From NCBI GenBank assembly GCA_963767735.1, contig CAVYES010000004.1, positions 224,001 through 288,000 of the forward strand: 64,000 nt of DNA, given 5' to 3'. The stretch comes from Candidatus Bathyarchaeota archaeon. GTDB lineage: Archaea > Thermoproteota > Bathyarchaeia > Bathyarchaeales > Bathycorpusculaceae. Both the position numbers and the translations under genes were made by a program. The notes under the pieces were generated by a model, which did not search any database, was not told where the DNA came from, and saw only the letters and a list, made by a program, of their open reading frames with translations. This document shows, piece by piece, positions 20,609 through 30,305 of this stretch (its first letter is position 1; each line of letters opens with the position of its first letter).

Positions 20609-21466
20609 CTACGTTGGTGTAATCGTACTTACCTGGCTGGCTCCTTTACGCCGCATTGCCAAAGCCAAGGCAACCGCCAAAACGGCAATCACAACAGCCA
20701 TAATTAGTACAGCGATTTGTTGCCAGTTAAATTTGAGCACGCCCCCTATTGAGCTTACTTGGATTGGGGTTGCTGTTGGGTTCTGGAATGGTGAAGGGGT
20801 CGAGGTTGAATTGGACTGCGTTGAGGTATAAGATGTTGGTGACGGCGTTGGGGTGTAGCCTGTTGGTGACGACGTTGACGTTGAGACCGCTCCTTTGGGG
20901 ATGGTTATTGTTTCCGTGTTGCTCCAGGCGCTTTCGCCAAGCGTAACAACGTTAGCCGTGAAACATTCGCCTTCGTTATAGTAGGTGTAACCTATGAATG
21001 CTTGTACTTGAAAATCGACTTGACCTCCCGACGGAATCCCCCAACTTGCTATGTCAAAGGATACCACCGTGTCAGGGGAGGTGGAAACTAAAATGCCGCC
21101 CTGGCCATAACTGCCTAAGTCAGTGTCACTGGTAAACTGTTCAAAGTGTCCCTTGCAACGAATGTTATAGTATAATTGGCTAGTGTTACCTGAAGAATCT
21201 ATGAAGGGCGTGAACGGTTGGTTCTGAATCGTAACCACAATCGTTTGGTTATCTACGTAGCTCCCAGGGCTGGTTTCAGTGGTCTGTCCAGTGTAAGGGT
21301 TCGTTGTGTAAGTCGGAGCTGTAGTGTAGGAGCTGTTGACGTACTGCAGAGTGAACTGCGGCACAGACGGTGCAGAAGCCTGAGCATATGCCAAATTAGT
21401 TGTTAGGGTAACAGATACAGTTAACACCAAAACAAGAATTAATTGGAATTTCTTCGCGGGTTCCAT
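20609..21466 (-). CDS. Secreted, C-terminally membrane-anchored protein with S/T/P-rich linker
   Basis: Signal peptide, PSVPQFTL and LYYNIR motifs, C-terminal TM plus basic tail; likely start MEPAKK. Confidence 0.8.
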   Translation of the reverse strand: MEPAKKFQLILVLVLTVSVTLTTNLAYAQASAPSVPQFTLQYVNSSYTTAPTYTTNPYTGQTTETSPGSYVDNQTIVVTIQNQPFTPFIDSSGNTSQLYYNIRCKGHFEQFTSDTDLGSYGQGGILVSTSPDTVVSFDIASWGIPSGGQVDFQVQAFIGYTYYNEGECFTANVVTLGESAWSNTETITIPKGAVSTSTSSPTGYTPTPSPTSYTSTQSNSTSTPSPFQNPTATPIQVSSIGGVLKFNWQQIAVLIMAVVIAVLAVALALAMRRKGASQVSTITPT

Positions 21467-21500
21467 ACTCCACCATTGTTGGCAAATGAATAAAAAGGTA

Positions 21501-21547
21501 TTAGTCAAGATTCCTTGACTAAATTCAAGTCAATTTTTCTTGACTAA
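21501..21547. promoter_or_regulatory. Two tandem palindromic operator-like sites AGTCAA-N6-TTGACT
   Basis: TTAGTCAAG-ATTC-CTTGACTAA (21501-21522) and AGTCAA-TTTTTC-TTGACT (21528-21545), between divergent genes. Confidence 0.6.
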
Positions 21548-21582
21548 CACGTTTTTATCTAAATGCATCCTCTAATAGGTTC

Positions 21583-22359
21583 ATGCGATACGCACTTGTC
21601 CTATTGCTTGTCTTCGTCATATTGGCATCAGGTTTCCTCCTAACTAAACGACCTGTTGTGGAGGCTCAATATAGCCCTCCGGTTCCGGCATTTACTTTGC
21701 AGTTTGACAATGAATCTTATAATGTTCCCCCATCTGGTACAACCCCAGGTTACCCTGTTGACAAAGAGTTCATCGATGTCATCATCGCGAACACAGGCGA
21801 GTATACATTTTACGCCGTCGTAAACTCAAGCTTGGTTAAACTGTATTACAATATCCGCGTAAAGGATCACTCTCAGAATTGGACAAATTATTACGTTTCC
21901 CCAAACCTTGCTCCATCCAACTCAAATTACACTACCGTTAAATTTGGTTTAGGAAGCGTTAATCCTGATCCTGGCGGTTCCAGCATTTGGATAGGTAACA
22001 TTACTAATGGCAACCACGTTGATTTTCAAGTTCGAGGATTGGAAGGGTTCTACACGAAACTAACTCAACAAAACCCCCCATGCTGGAGACTCTCCCAATA
22101 CAGCGTATTCAATGAGACAGGCGCTAGCAGCTGGAGCCCCACGCAAACAATGGATAGATCTGACATTTCCATTTCAACGCCAACCCAAACACTATCGTCA
22201 ACAACTGCAGCACCTATTTCAGCAGCTAAGGGCATTAGCCCTATCACATTAACAGTCAGCACAGTTGTCGCAGTAATAGCTGTCTCTGCAGGTGCATTCC
22301 CAGCTGTAAAAAGACATAGAAAACAAAAATCTCTTGTTCCGTCTCCCGGGGTGGAGTAA
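21583..22359 (+). CDS. Secreted membrane-anchored protein, paralogue of 20609..21466
   Basis: Shares PxVPxFTL, LYYNIR, VDFQV and SxWSxTxT motifs with the divergent neighbour. Confidence 0.8.
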   Translation: MRYALVLLLVFVILASGFLLTKRPVVEAQYSPPVPAFTLQFDNESYNVPPSGTTPGYPVDKEFIDVIIANTGEYTFYAVVNSSLVKLYYNIRVKDHSQNWTNYYVSPNLAPSNSNYTTVKFGLGSVNPDPGGSSIWIGNITNGNHVDFQVRGLEGFYTKLTQQNPPCWRLSQYSVFNETGASSWSPTQTMDRSDISISTPTQTLSSTTAAPISAAKGISPITLTVSTVVAVIAVSAGAFPAVKRHRKQKSLVPSPGVE

Positions 22360-22483
22360 CGAGGTGTTAACTGCAACACTACGAGGTCTAAAAGGTCTCT
22401 GTTGAAAAGAATGTTCCAAAAATATTTAACCGAAAGTAAAAGACAAGCAAGGGCAAAACACATGAATCTGTTGAAGGGGTAAT

Positions 22484-23959
22484 ATGAGAAAACGTTTGGT
22501 CTTCGCTTTGGCAGTTGCTATGATTGCTTCAATTGTTTTTTCAGCGTTTGCTGCCATAGAAATTTATAAGCCCTTTTCCGATGCAAGTAAAAAGCCCTTT
22601 TACGTTGGCGTAACATACTGCGGGGACTCAGTTGCAGAAGCAGAGCAGCTGATTGACAGAATTAAGAATTACACTAACTTGTTTGTTTTGGACTCGGGTG
22701 AATTGATGGGAGATGTTCCGTTGACGGAGCAAATATGCGATTACGCCGTCAACGCGGGGCTCAACATCATTTTGTATTATAGCAGCAACAACCCGGTCTT
22801 TACTTGTGATTCTTTGATTACCATTGCTCAAGCTAGGTGGGGCAGCCATTTCTTGGGATTATACTATGATGATGAGCCTGGCGGAAAAATGCTTGATAGC
22901 TACGACAATCTTTATAGTTCGAACCCGAATGAGACAATATCAAAAGATCAAGGCGGCTCGTTGTATGTCCAAACCAATAACACGATAACCAATTCAAGTA
23001 CCCTGTATGATTTCTTGCCTTCAGGAGAAATCGAAGTTGATGTTAGCCAAAATCTCCCTAACTCACTTGAATTCCTCTCAACCTTCTACTACCTGAACGG
23101 CACAATTACCTATACTACACAAAACTGGTCAGCACCTGATGGAACATTAACCAGCCAAATTTTAATGTACCAACCAGACGGCACAGTGCAAACTGACACT
23201 GGCGCGGTCGTAACTGATTCAGGCAACATTAGCCAGTTTGAACCCTACCAGAAACTTTGGGATTCAAGACCAATCCAAACCTACACTCAAGCAGCAAACA
23301 ACTTTGTAAGCTACGAGCAATCTACATTGGGATCAATCGGCAACCAATCAGATGTTAAACTCTTCACCTCAGACTACGCCCTAGACTGGTTTGACTACCA
23401 AGGCGGCTACGATGTAGTGCTTGGCCAGCTTGGTTGGAACCAATCCACCACGCAAAACATCGCGTTAGTCAGGGGCGCTGCAGACATGCATGACAAAAGT
23501 TGGGGAGCCATGATAACATGGGAGAGCCTGTCGCCGCCCTACTTGCAAAGCGGCAGCCAAATGTACAGTGAAATGAAGCAAGCCTACGAGAGCGGCGCCG
23601 AATACGTTGTGGTCTTCAATTATGCACCTGATATCGACAGCACGGCTGGGCTCTTGCAGGACAAGCAGTATTCGGCGTTACAGTCTTTCTGGACAGATGT
23701 AATTCAAAACTCAAGCGAGACTAATAACGTTAAAGGGCAGGACGCGTTGGTTCTGCCTAACGATTATGGCTGGGGCATGCGAAGCCCCGACGATAACATT
23801 TGGGGAATGTGGCACAATAGCTCTTCACAGCAGGTTTGGAATGTACTGCAAGCCTCGCTGAGCAAATATGGGTCAAAACTCGACATAGTCTACGAGGACC
23901 CCGCCTACCCGACGACTGGACGATACCAACACATGTACTACTGGAATCAGACAACCTAA
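22484..23959 (+). CDS. N-terminally anchored extracellular protein, possibly glycoside-hydrolase-like
   Basis: N-terminal TM; GLYYDDEPGG, LFTSDYAL, YGWGMR..DNIWG; the fold is a guess. Confidence 0.7.
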   Translation: MRKRLVFALAVAMIASIVFSAFAAIEIYKPFSDASKKPFYVGVTYCGDSVAEAEQLIDRIKNYTNLFVLDSGELMGDVPLTEQICDYAVNAGLNIILYYSSNNPVFTCDSLITIAQARWGSHFLGLYYDDEPGGKMLDSYDNLYSSNPNETISKDQGGSLYVQTNNTITNSSTLYDFLPSGEIEVDVSQNLPNSLEFLSTFYYLNGTITYTTQNWSAPDGTLTSQILMYQPDGTVQTDTGAVVTDSGNISQFEPYQKLWDSRPIQTYTQAANNFVSYEQSTLGSIGNQSDVKLFTSDYALDWFDYQGGYDVVLGQLGWNQSTTQNIALVRGAADMHDKSWGAMITWESLSPPYLQSGSQMYSEMKQAYESGAEYVVVFNYAPDIDSTAGLLQDKQYSALQSFWTDVIQNSSETNNVKGQDALVLPNDYGWGMRSPDDNIWGMWHNSSSQQVWNVLQASLSKYGSKLDIVYEDPAYPTTGRYQHMYYWNQTT

Positions 23960-24238
23960 AAATCGCTTCTACCTAACTTTGGCGTTCTACATGGCTCGAC
24001 AAATGCAATTCTTTTTTGAAAGGCATAGGAAATTTCCATGGAAGAATCACAAGTGGCAGAGGCACTGGATTTGCTTAAACCCGCTTCAGTTTTTCCTACT
24101 ACGGCACATTTCCTCCGCTTGCAAAAGACAACGCCGAATTCAAAGAACTATTGAAGTCGGAAAATCCAGACATTGGCGTTTTAGAGCTAAACCAGACGGG
24201 AGGTAAGAGTTGACGGCTAAGCAAATGCGAATTTCAGC

Positions 24239-24799
24239 TTAGGCCTTGTAGATTTTAGGGTCAAGCACCGCAAAGTTGTTACCGCCCACATGGAAGAGCA
24301 TTCTTGCCTTTTTCAGGTCATAGCTTTCCGTGAAGATGCCCATGTCTGCGTAGGCTTCAAGTATTTTACCCACGAAAACCGTGTGGTCGCCCGTTGTAAA
24401 TTTGCTGTCAACACTGCATTCAAGGTGGGCTATGCATTCCCGTATTGCTGGCGCCTTGACCTTTTTACCGGGTATCGGTGTTAGATTTGTTTTCTTGAAT
24501 TTGTCAAAGCTTCTGCCCGTTAAAGAGCCGCATGCGTAAACTGCTTGAAGTGTCTCCAATGTTGGGATGTTCACTATGAATTCGCCTGACTCCTCAATTA
24601 GGGCGTGAGAGTGGCGTGTTGGCGCGAGGCTGATAGCTAAAAGCGGCGGGTTAATAGAGGTGGGCATCGCCCATGCAAGCGTTGTTATGTTGGGTTTACC
24701 TGCTTTTCCAACGCACGAAACCAAAACGGTGTGCATCGGATGAAGAAGCCTAGATGCCGAGGCGATGTTTACTTGAGTTTTTGCAGACACATAAATCAC
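24239..24799 (-). CDS. Flavin reductase family protein
   Basis: PNITTLAW, EFIVNIP, CGSLTGR..DKF, GDHTVFVGKI. Confidence 0.92.
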   Translation of the reverse strand: MIYVSAKTQVNIASASRLLHPMHTVLVSCVGKAGKPNITTLAWAMPTSINPPLLAISLAPTRHSHALIEESGEFIVNIPTLETLQAVYACGSLTGRSFDKFKKTNLTPIPGKKVKAPAIRECIAHLECSVDSKFTTGDHTVFVGKILEAYADMGIFTESYDLKKARMLFHVGGNNFAVLDPKIYKA

Positions 24800-25069
24800 C
24801 TTATTGTAATAACATATTTAGTGGTGAAACACCGCGCTTATTTGCTTTATTCTTTAGAAACTGATTGAGCATCGATTTTTGGTTGTCTTAGAAAAGTTTA
24901 TCCAAATAGATAAAGAATTCAAGAATTTAATAACTTGTGACTGTAAAGTAAAAAGACTGTGATTCTTAATACTAAATTGAGTATTAGTGAAATTATTTAC
25001 CATGCTAGACCTTTCCCCCCGCAATAGAAAACTTTAGCATTTAGAGACTTTACCTTAACAATAGATAGC

Positions 25070-25396
25070 TTAATCTTTTTTGGTTGCTTGAATTTTCTCT
25101 ATTAATGAATCAGTTTTTGCGATAGCATATTGTTTAGCCAAATAATTGATTATTTTTGTTAGTATATCTACACCTAGCAAAGAACCAATTTGTGTTCCAT
25201 TTTGCATTTGAATTATTTGTACAGTGTTTTTACCAAAAGATATTTTCCCTTCCGCATTTACATCCAATAATTCTTTTTTGTTAATTGTGGTATGGTCGGG
25301 CAGTTCATTAGGTATTTCTTCCGTTTTAGCCAATTCATTAGGTATTTCTCTAAGAAACTCTATCATCAATACTTCCTTAGCTTTTTCAATATCCAT
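25070..25396 (-). CDS. Hypothetical protein
   Basis: 108 aa; GGTGA RBS and the repeated promoter motif upstream. Confidence 0.6.
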   Translation of the reverse strand: MDIEKAKEVLMIEFLREIPNELAKTEEIPNELPDHTTINKKELLDVNAEGKISFGKNTVQIIQMQNGTQIGSLLGVDILTKIINYLAKQYAIAKTDSLIEKIQATKKD

Positions 25397-25700
25397 TTTT
25401 TCACCTTAGTTCTATCTCTATGCTTTTCAGATTTAAGATTTTTCTATAGCTGTTCTTTTCGGTACATATTCGGGAATATCGGTTAGTTTCTAGCTTACCC
25501 AGAACAGCCTCTTATCGTTGCGACTTTTAGCAATCTAGCGTTTATAGAAATGTCAATAGACTAGAAATGTTAGGTTAAAAGATAAAGGGGATTTCCCCTA
25601 TTCGCATAAGTTTCTAATCGCTCAAAACATTTAGTAAAATTTCGTGGGTAGGTATTCTATCAAGATTCTATTCCTTTAATGGTTGTAGTAAAAGGCATTA

Positions 25701-25943
25701 CTATGCGATTTTAAGAAACCTCCAAAACTGCAAGCAACTCAACCCACTCCAAACCAAAAAACATAAACCCAAAGCACTACAACCAACCCACTCAAAAGGC
25801 AAAAACGCATCAAACATATCATTAACATTCAAACCATGAAACAAACCAAAACCCAACAAATACAAACCACCAGCGAACAAACCAATAACCTTAAAGAAAC
25901 CTAAAAAAATACGGAATACTAAAGATTTACGCTGTTTGTTCAT
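25701..25943 (-). CDS. Small membrane protein
   Basis: 80 aa, two hydrophobic segments, promoter copy upstream. Confidence 0.6.
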   Translation of the reverse strand: MNKQRKSLVFRIFLGFFKVIGLFAGGLYLLGFGLFHGLNVNDMFDAFLPFEWVGCSALGLCFLVWSGLSCLQFWRFLKIA

Positions 25944-25999
25944 TTTTTCCCTATTCTATTCTATTGCTGTGCAGATTTAAGACTTATCTAAAATGAAAA

Positions 26000-26230
26000 C
26001 TAAGCTGTTTTTCGTGGGGAATAGAAAAGTCCTAGCCCAATAAATACTACCCCTACTAAAATTAGAATGATGCCTACAGTTTGATATGGATAAAAACTAT
26101 GATAATAATTTCCACCACCATAATAACCTGCTCCTGAATTATATAGAGACACAACCAATCCAATTAGCAAGAGAACTGCTCCAAATATCAATGAACCCAA
26201 ATTCTCTACTGCTTTCGTTGGTACTGTCAT
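26000..26230 (-). CDS. Small two-TM membrane protein
   Basis: MTVPTKAVENLGSLIFGAVLLLIGL...YPYQTVGIILILVGVVFIGLGL; promoter copy upstream. Confidence 0.65.
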   Translation of the reverse strand: MTVPTKAVENLGSLIFGAVLLLIGLVVSLYNSGAGYYGGGNYYHSFYPYQTVGIILILVGVVFIGLGLFYSPRKTA

Positions 26231-26300
26231 GTATCTTACTTTCAAGTCTACTACTGTGCTATGCAGATTTAAGACTTATCTCTAAGTTTCCAGTTTACTC

Positions 26301-26598
26301 TTACCATGTGTACTTACTACAATCACAATTTTCTACCAAGCAATTATATTGCCAATTGCGATGTTGTTCTCTTGAATGACCACAAACGCATCCCTGATTT
26401 TTTCTTTCTGTAAAAAATTCTAGCTTACCACATTGAGGGCAAGTGTAAACAACTACTGGAAGCACATCTTCGCAAATATCCGTCAATCTCCCTAAAAGCA
26501 ATTTATCAAATCCCGTAAATCCGCCAATTCTAAGACTAATTTTACTCATTTCCATTTCCACAGAACAATCAGAACAGTTTTCTCACTTGTTCTCTCAT
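26301..26598 (-). CDS. Small zinc-ribbon protein, frameshifted near its 5' end
   Basis: ATG at 26598 (MREQVRK), then one extra base before CSDCSVEMEM...YTCPQCGKLEFF and a Cys-rich tail. Confidence 0.55.
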
Positions 26599-26992
26599 GT
26601 TTTATTCTATTTCTACGCTATGCAGTTTTAAGTTTTTGCCATCGTTTGAAGGATTGTAGGGCAAAATGGGTTAAGCGGATTTAGCCATGTGCTAACATCG
26701 ATAAGGAGCAAAAACCTTAAGGGGCAACATTATCGCCATTAGCAGCCAAACCCGCTTAATAGAGGGTGTGGGTTGATTTTTCTTCCTTCTTGCTATCTGG
26801 TTAAAATTGCTAATAATAGTTATTCCTAAAAACAGAATATTCTTCTTCTCGTTTATGCTATTTCTATGCTTTGCAGATTTAAGATTTTTCGTGCTTTCAA
26901 AAAGTCAAAAAAACAAAAGTGCTAAGAGCTAAAATCTTATACCTATAGTAAATCATATAGAAAGTAACCTTCAAACAAAAGAAAGGACAAAA

Positions 26993-27824
26993 ATGGACAT
27001 ATCCATAATTATCAGCTTAGTTAGTATTGTAGTGGCTATTGTAATCCCTGTTTTTACCCTTGTGTATACAAAACAACAAGTTGATATTTTAAAGCAGGAT
27101 TCAGAGAAGAGAAAGAACTTTTTGAAGACTTCCAATTCAATTCTCAAAGTAATAGACGATATCAAGAAATACCCTAAACAAACCTCATTCGATTCACTGA
27201 AAACTTGTTCAAGCTTATATTTTAACAGAAATGCATGATACTGAAAGGTTATGGTTAACGTTTGAAATAACACCTGAACCATTCCTTTTGTATGTAGCTT
27301 ACACAAATAGAGATTTCAAAAATATGGAAGACATTAAGAAAACTTTCAACAGTTTTCCAATAACATCATCTCAACACCTGATCGCCACATTAATTGAAAT
27401 TGCAGAGTCAGAGTTTTCAACCCTTCTTACGCATGAAAATGAGTTTCGTTTTAGGGCTAACCCAGATATTCTTCAAAACAATTCTATAGACTTGCATGCC
27501 TTGTTAAACGAAACAATAGGGTATTATCGAGCATATCAAGAACTTAAAGAGCATAAAATTATCATAAGCTCTTGTGATAACACAATAATCGAGACCTTCA
27601 AAGATTCAATAGATCAGATGGTCACTTTTATTTTCAAGTCAATGTCAGAAAAGCACGAACTGACCTTCAATTCTCGTGATTCATCTAGTCTTATACTAGA
27701 AAAACTCAATAATGGAATAATCAACTTAGAGAAAATTGCAGCAATGAGAACCTCACTAATTACATTATGTGACACCAAACTTCTTACTGTTCAACAAAAA
27801 CTGTTTGAGATGGCTTCACAGTAA
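26993..27824 (+). CDS. Hypothetical protein with N-terminal TM, split into two overlapping ORFs (probable frameshift near 27230)
   Basis: ORFs 26993..27238 and 27231..27824 overlap by 8 nt. Confidence 0.5.
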
Positions 27825-28005
27825 ACTAGGCTGTACGAAAAAACTAAGTAGATAATATTGAGTTTTTATGTCTATCTGGTTTTGAAAAGCGCGCCAGTAC
27901 GTTGCTAAATCGATTTCTTCATGTAAAGTCTGCTCATGCTGAGTAACCTTCGCCAGATTTGCGATAGCTTAGGCATCAGAAAAACAATTTAACCTAAACG
28001 AACAT

Positions 28006-28278
28006 ATGCAGAACCATTGCGGCAATGTTAATGTGATGCATATGGACTTGGACAAAGAAGAAATGGAAGATTTTAAGCAGATGATCAGCGTTTTCGTCTT
28101 ATTCTACAAGGTCATCTGGAGTGAAGTGGAAAAGCAGTTCTCAGAACTGCCCTCAGACGAGAAACATAAAATCTTCAGCGTAATAGCTCCTTCCATCGTC
28201 CAAATGCTAAACTTGGTCACAGACGATACAGAAGAAACAAAACCCCCAAGTAAGGAAAAGGCGAAGAAAAAGCGATGA
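28006..28278 (+). CDS. Hypothetical helical protein inside the IS
   Basis: 90-aa ORF between the left TIR and the transposase stop. Confidence 0.6.
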   Translation: MQNHCGNVNVMHMDLDKEEMEDFKQMISVFVLFYKVIWSEVEKQFSELPSDEKHKIFSVIAPSIVQMLNLVTDDTEETKPPSKEKAKKKR

Positions 28279-28362
28279 AGAGACATTCCTAATGAGAGTT
28301 GATTCTTTACGTAGGCAGCACGACAGAGTACGGCTAAATTGGATCTGCCATGTCTATCTTGC

Positions 28363-29373
28363 TCATTTTGCGAGTAAAGTTATCGATCGAGCCTTATCAA
28401 CGGCTTTCAGCCTGACAGCAGCCACAGCATTAAGCAGCATCGCAACCAAGCAAAACAACGAATGAATCTTAACCCGCACAAGACTTCGGACCCTATGATT
28501 CTCCAGACATAACTGCTCTTTAAGCCGAGAATTCACCCGCTCAATCGAAGACCTCAGCCGATACAACCGTTTCTCACCCTTAGGTCCATGCGTCCTAAAG
28601 AAGCGATCAACCCTCAACAGCCCCTTTTTCCCACGCATCTGATTGACAGGATAAGGAATAACAACCTGAACTCCAGCCTTGGCTGCCTGTTCTCTTTGAC
28701 CACTGCAGGAATACTGCGAATCCGCAATCATTAACTTCATTCTCTTCCGCGTCACTCTCAAAGCCTTCTTGAAAAGCTCTGGAGCATGCTTCTTTTCATT
28801 ATCGTTGGCTGAGGCGACAATAACTGCCAGAGGAAGCTCTGATTTAGCATCTACTGCTATATGCAGCTTGTAGCCTAGCTCGTATGTCTTGCCGTTTCTG
28901 CCGACTCTGGCTTCAGGATCTGAACCGCCTTTACTGTTGTCGTGTAAATCCCGTTTGCTGTAGGCCTTAACGAAGGTAGCGTCAAAGACCACTTTTCTGC
29001 CGCTAACCACTTTTTTCTCTATGAGCTCGTCAATGAGCGTGTTCATGATTGATTGGAGCCTTTCGACGCCGAGACGGTTTCTAAACCTCGTCATCTGCGT
29101 GGGATGATACGGCTTCTGCTCAGCTTCAATATCGCAGACCTCTCGCAAATCTTGATCATACCACAACCGCCGATACAATTCTCTATCGCTTGGAATCTGC
29201 TTAACCCTTTTCACAATCAACGCTTTAAAAATTCCAATAGGTTTCCTCGGAGGTCGGCCTGCACCTTCCTGATGGTATGCTTCAGACACGACTTCCTCTA
29301 TGTTATCCAAGTTCAAACTACGCAAAATGGAGCAAGAACCTTCATTCTTCTCCATAATAGATTGTATATTCAA
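28363..29373 (-). CDS. DDE transposase
   Basis: GRPP, VFDAT, GYKLHIAVD, IADSQY, RSSIERVNSRLKE. Confidence 0.92.
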   Translation of the reverse strand: MNIQSIMEKNEGSCSILRSLNLDNIEEVVSEAYHQEGAGRPPRKPIGIFKALIVKRVKQIPSDRELYRRLWYDQDLREVCDIEAEQKPYHPTQMTRFRNRLGVERLQSIMNTLIDELIEKKVVSGRKVVFDATFVKAYSKRDLHDNSKGGSDPEARVGRNGKTYELGYKLHIAVDAKSELPLAVIVASANDNEKKHAPELFKKALRVTRKRMKLMIADSQYSCSGQREQAAKAGVQVVIPYPVNQMRGKKGLLRVDRFFRTHGPKGEKRLYRLRSSIERVNSRLKEQLCLENHRVRSLVRVKIHSLFCLVAMLLNAVAAVRLKAVDKARSITLLAK

Positions 29374-29565
29374 TCGAATACAAATTGCTTAAACAAGAAA
29401 ATGTCAATCAAAATAATTTAGCAACCGACTGGCGCGCGCTAACTAAAGGTTAAAGAGTGTATTTAAGGATTTAGTATTAAGAGCCAAAATATTATGACTG
29501 TAAAATCACAGCCGCAAGTCTTTCAGAGAATAAAGTAACAAGTTAACCTGTAATTTTTGGCGTTT

Positions 29566-29760
29566 CTAACGCGGTTTATCTTTGCTGTTGGGTTTCTTTT
29601 CTTCGTTCATCAGTTGAGCTAAGGTGTAGGTAATGTAGGCTGAGAAGCTGTGAATGCCTTTTTTAATTGCGTATTCCTCTTTGACCTTCAGCCACTCGTT
29701 AAAAAAGTAATCGTAAACCTCCGCCTTAACAGTGATGCTTTTAAAGCCTTTTTTCGGCGT
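29566..29760 (-). CDS. Small RHH-like DNA-binding protein with ACG at the start position (not in the ORF track)
   Basis: (T)PKKGFKSITVKAEVYDYF...KKGIHSFSAYITYTL, 64 aa; paralogous to 29989..30135; GAGGG RBS and BRE-TATA GAAAACTTATATAAA upstream. Confidence 0.7.
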   Translation of the reverse strand, partial: TPKKGFKSITVKAEVYDYFFNEWLKVKEEYAIKKGIHSFSAYITYTLAQLMNEEKKPNSKDKPR

Positions 29761-29834
29761 TTTGTTTCCCTCTCTTTAGGCTATTTAGCGAACGTACATT
29801 TATATAAGTTTTCACGATATACCCGCGCTTTACT

Positions 29835-29966
29835 ATTGTGTTTTATCGTTAATTGTATATTTAATTTTACGGTTGTTCACATTGTGTTTACTGTCAGGTA
29901 TTTGTTCAATTGTGCGGTTGTTTCACCATTATGTTTCACCGTTAATTATATATTCAATTGTACGGT
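29835..29966. repeat. Three degenerate ~46-bp tandem repeats between divergent RHH-like genes
   Basis: Units at 29835, 29881 and 29928 share ATTRTGTTT..YGT.A....T.TT.AATT.T.CGGT. Confidence 0.75.
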
Positions 29967-29988
29967 AAAGTACTTCGAGATGATAGTT

Positions 29989-30135
29989 TTGCCACGTAAA
30001 GGATACAAATGCATAACGGTCACCGACAAAGTTCATCAAGACATCCGAAAAAGAGCTGAAGAAGCCAACCTCACATTAAAGGAATACGTGGAGTACTTGC
30101 TTGCTAAGGATCAGGGTGCTAAGGCAGGAAAATAG
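29989..30135 (+). CDS. Small RHH-like DNA-binding protein
   Basis: MPRKGYKCITVTDKVHQDIRKRAEEANLTLKEYVEYLL; TTG start (ATG at 29980 is an alternative). Confidence 0.7.
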   Translation: MPRKGYKCITVTDKVHQDIRKRAEEANLTLKEYVEYLLAKDQGAKAGK

Positions 30136-30137
30136 AT

Positions 30138-30305
30138 GTGCCCCTGAAGGTTCTTCAATCTAATGACCGTGTTGCTGAGGTCCAATTTATCTGTGATTGC
30201 TGTGGCAAACTAGTTAGAACCAGTGTAGTAACAAAGAAAGAGGTCGAGGCTAAAAGAAACACAAAAATAACTTGCTTTCACTGTAAACATGCTCAAAACG
30301 GATGA
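30138..30305 (+). CDS. 55-aa zinc-finger protein (not in the ORF track)
   Basis: GTG start just after the upstream stop; FICDCCGK...ITCFHCK. Confidence 0.6.
   Translation: MPLKVLQSNDRVAEVQFICDCCGKLVRTSVVTKKEVEAKRNTKITCFHCKHAQNG

Larger units (their letters stand above)
25405..26892 (-). promoter_or_regulatory. Five copies of a promoter-like motif (minus strand ~AAxTCTTAAATCTGCAxAGCA..TAGAxxTAG)
   Basis: Plus-strand core (g)cagatttaaga or a close variant at 25428, 25971, 26263, 26622 and 26873; four copies lie ~25-35 nt before a minus-strand ATG. Confidence 0.75.
27895..29431 (-). mobile_element. IS element (IS5/IS1182-like DDE transposase) carrying a passenger ORF
   Basis: 16-bp TIRs CAGTACGTTGCTAAAT (27895-27910) and ATTTAGCAACCGACTG (29416-29431); GCGCGC on both flanks (27889-27894, 29432-29437). 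Confidence 0.85.

Noticed and set aside
25405-26892. Five-copy motif as a CRISPR or integron attC array
   Set aside because: Spacing is 250-550 bp with ORFs between copies, the motif is not palindromic, and there is no RYYYAAC...GTTRRRY in attC orientation
29650-29988. 5' part of the 161-aa ORF 29650..30135
   Set aside because: It reads through the AT-rich repeats and overlaps the opposite-strand RHH-like gene; only the last ~50 aa look real
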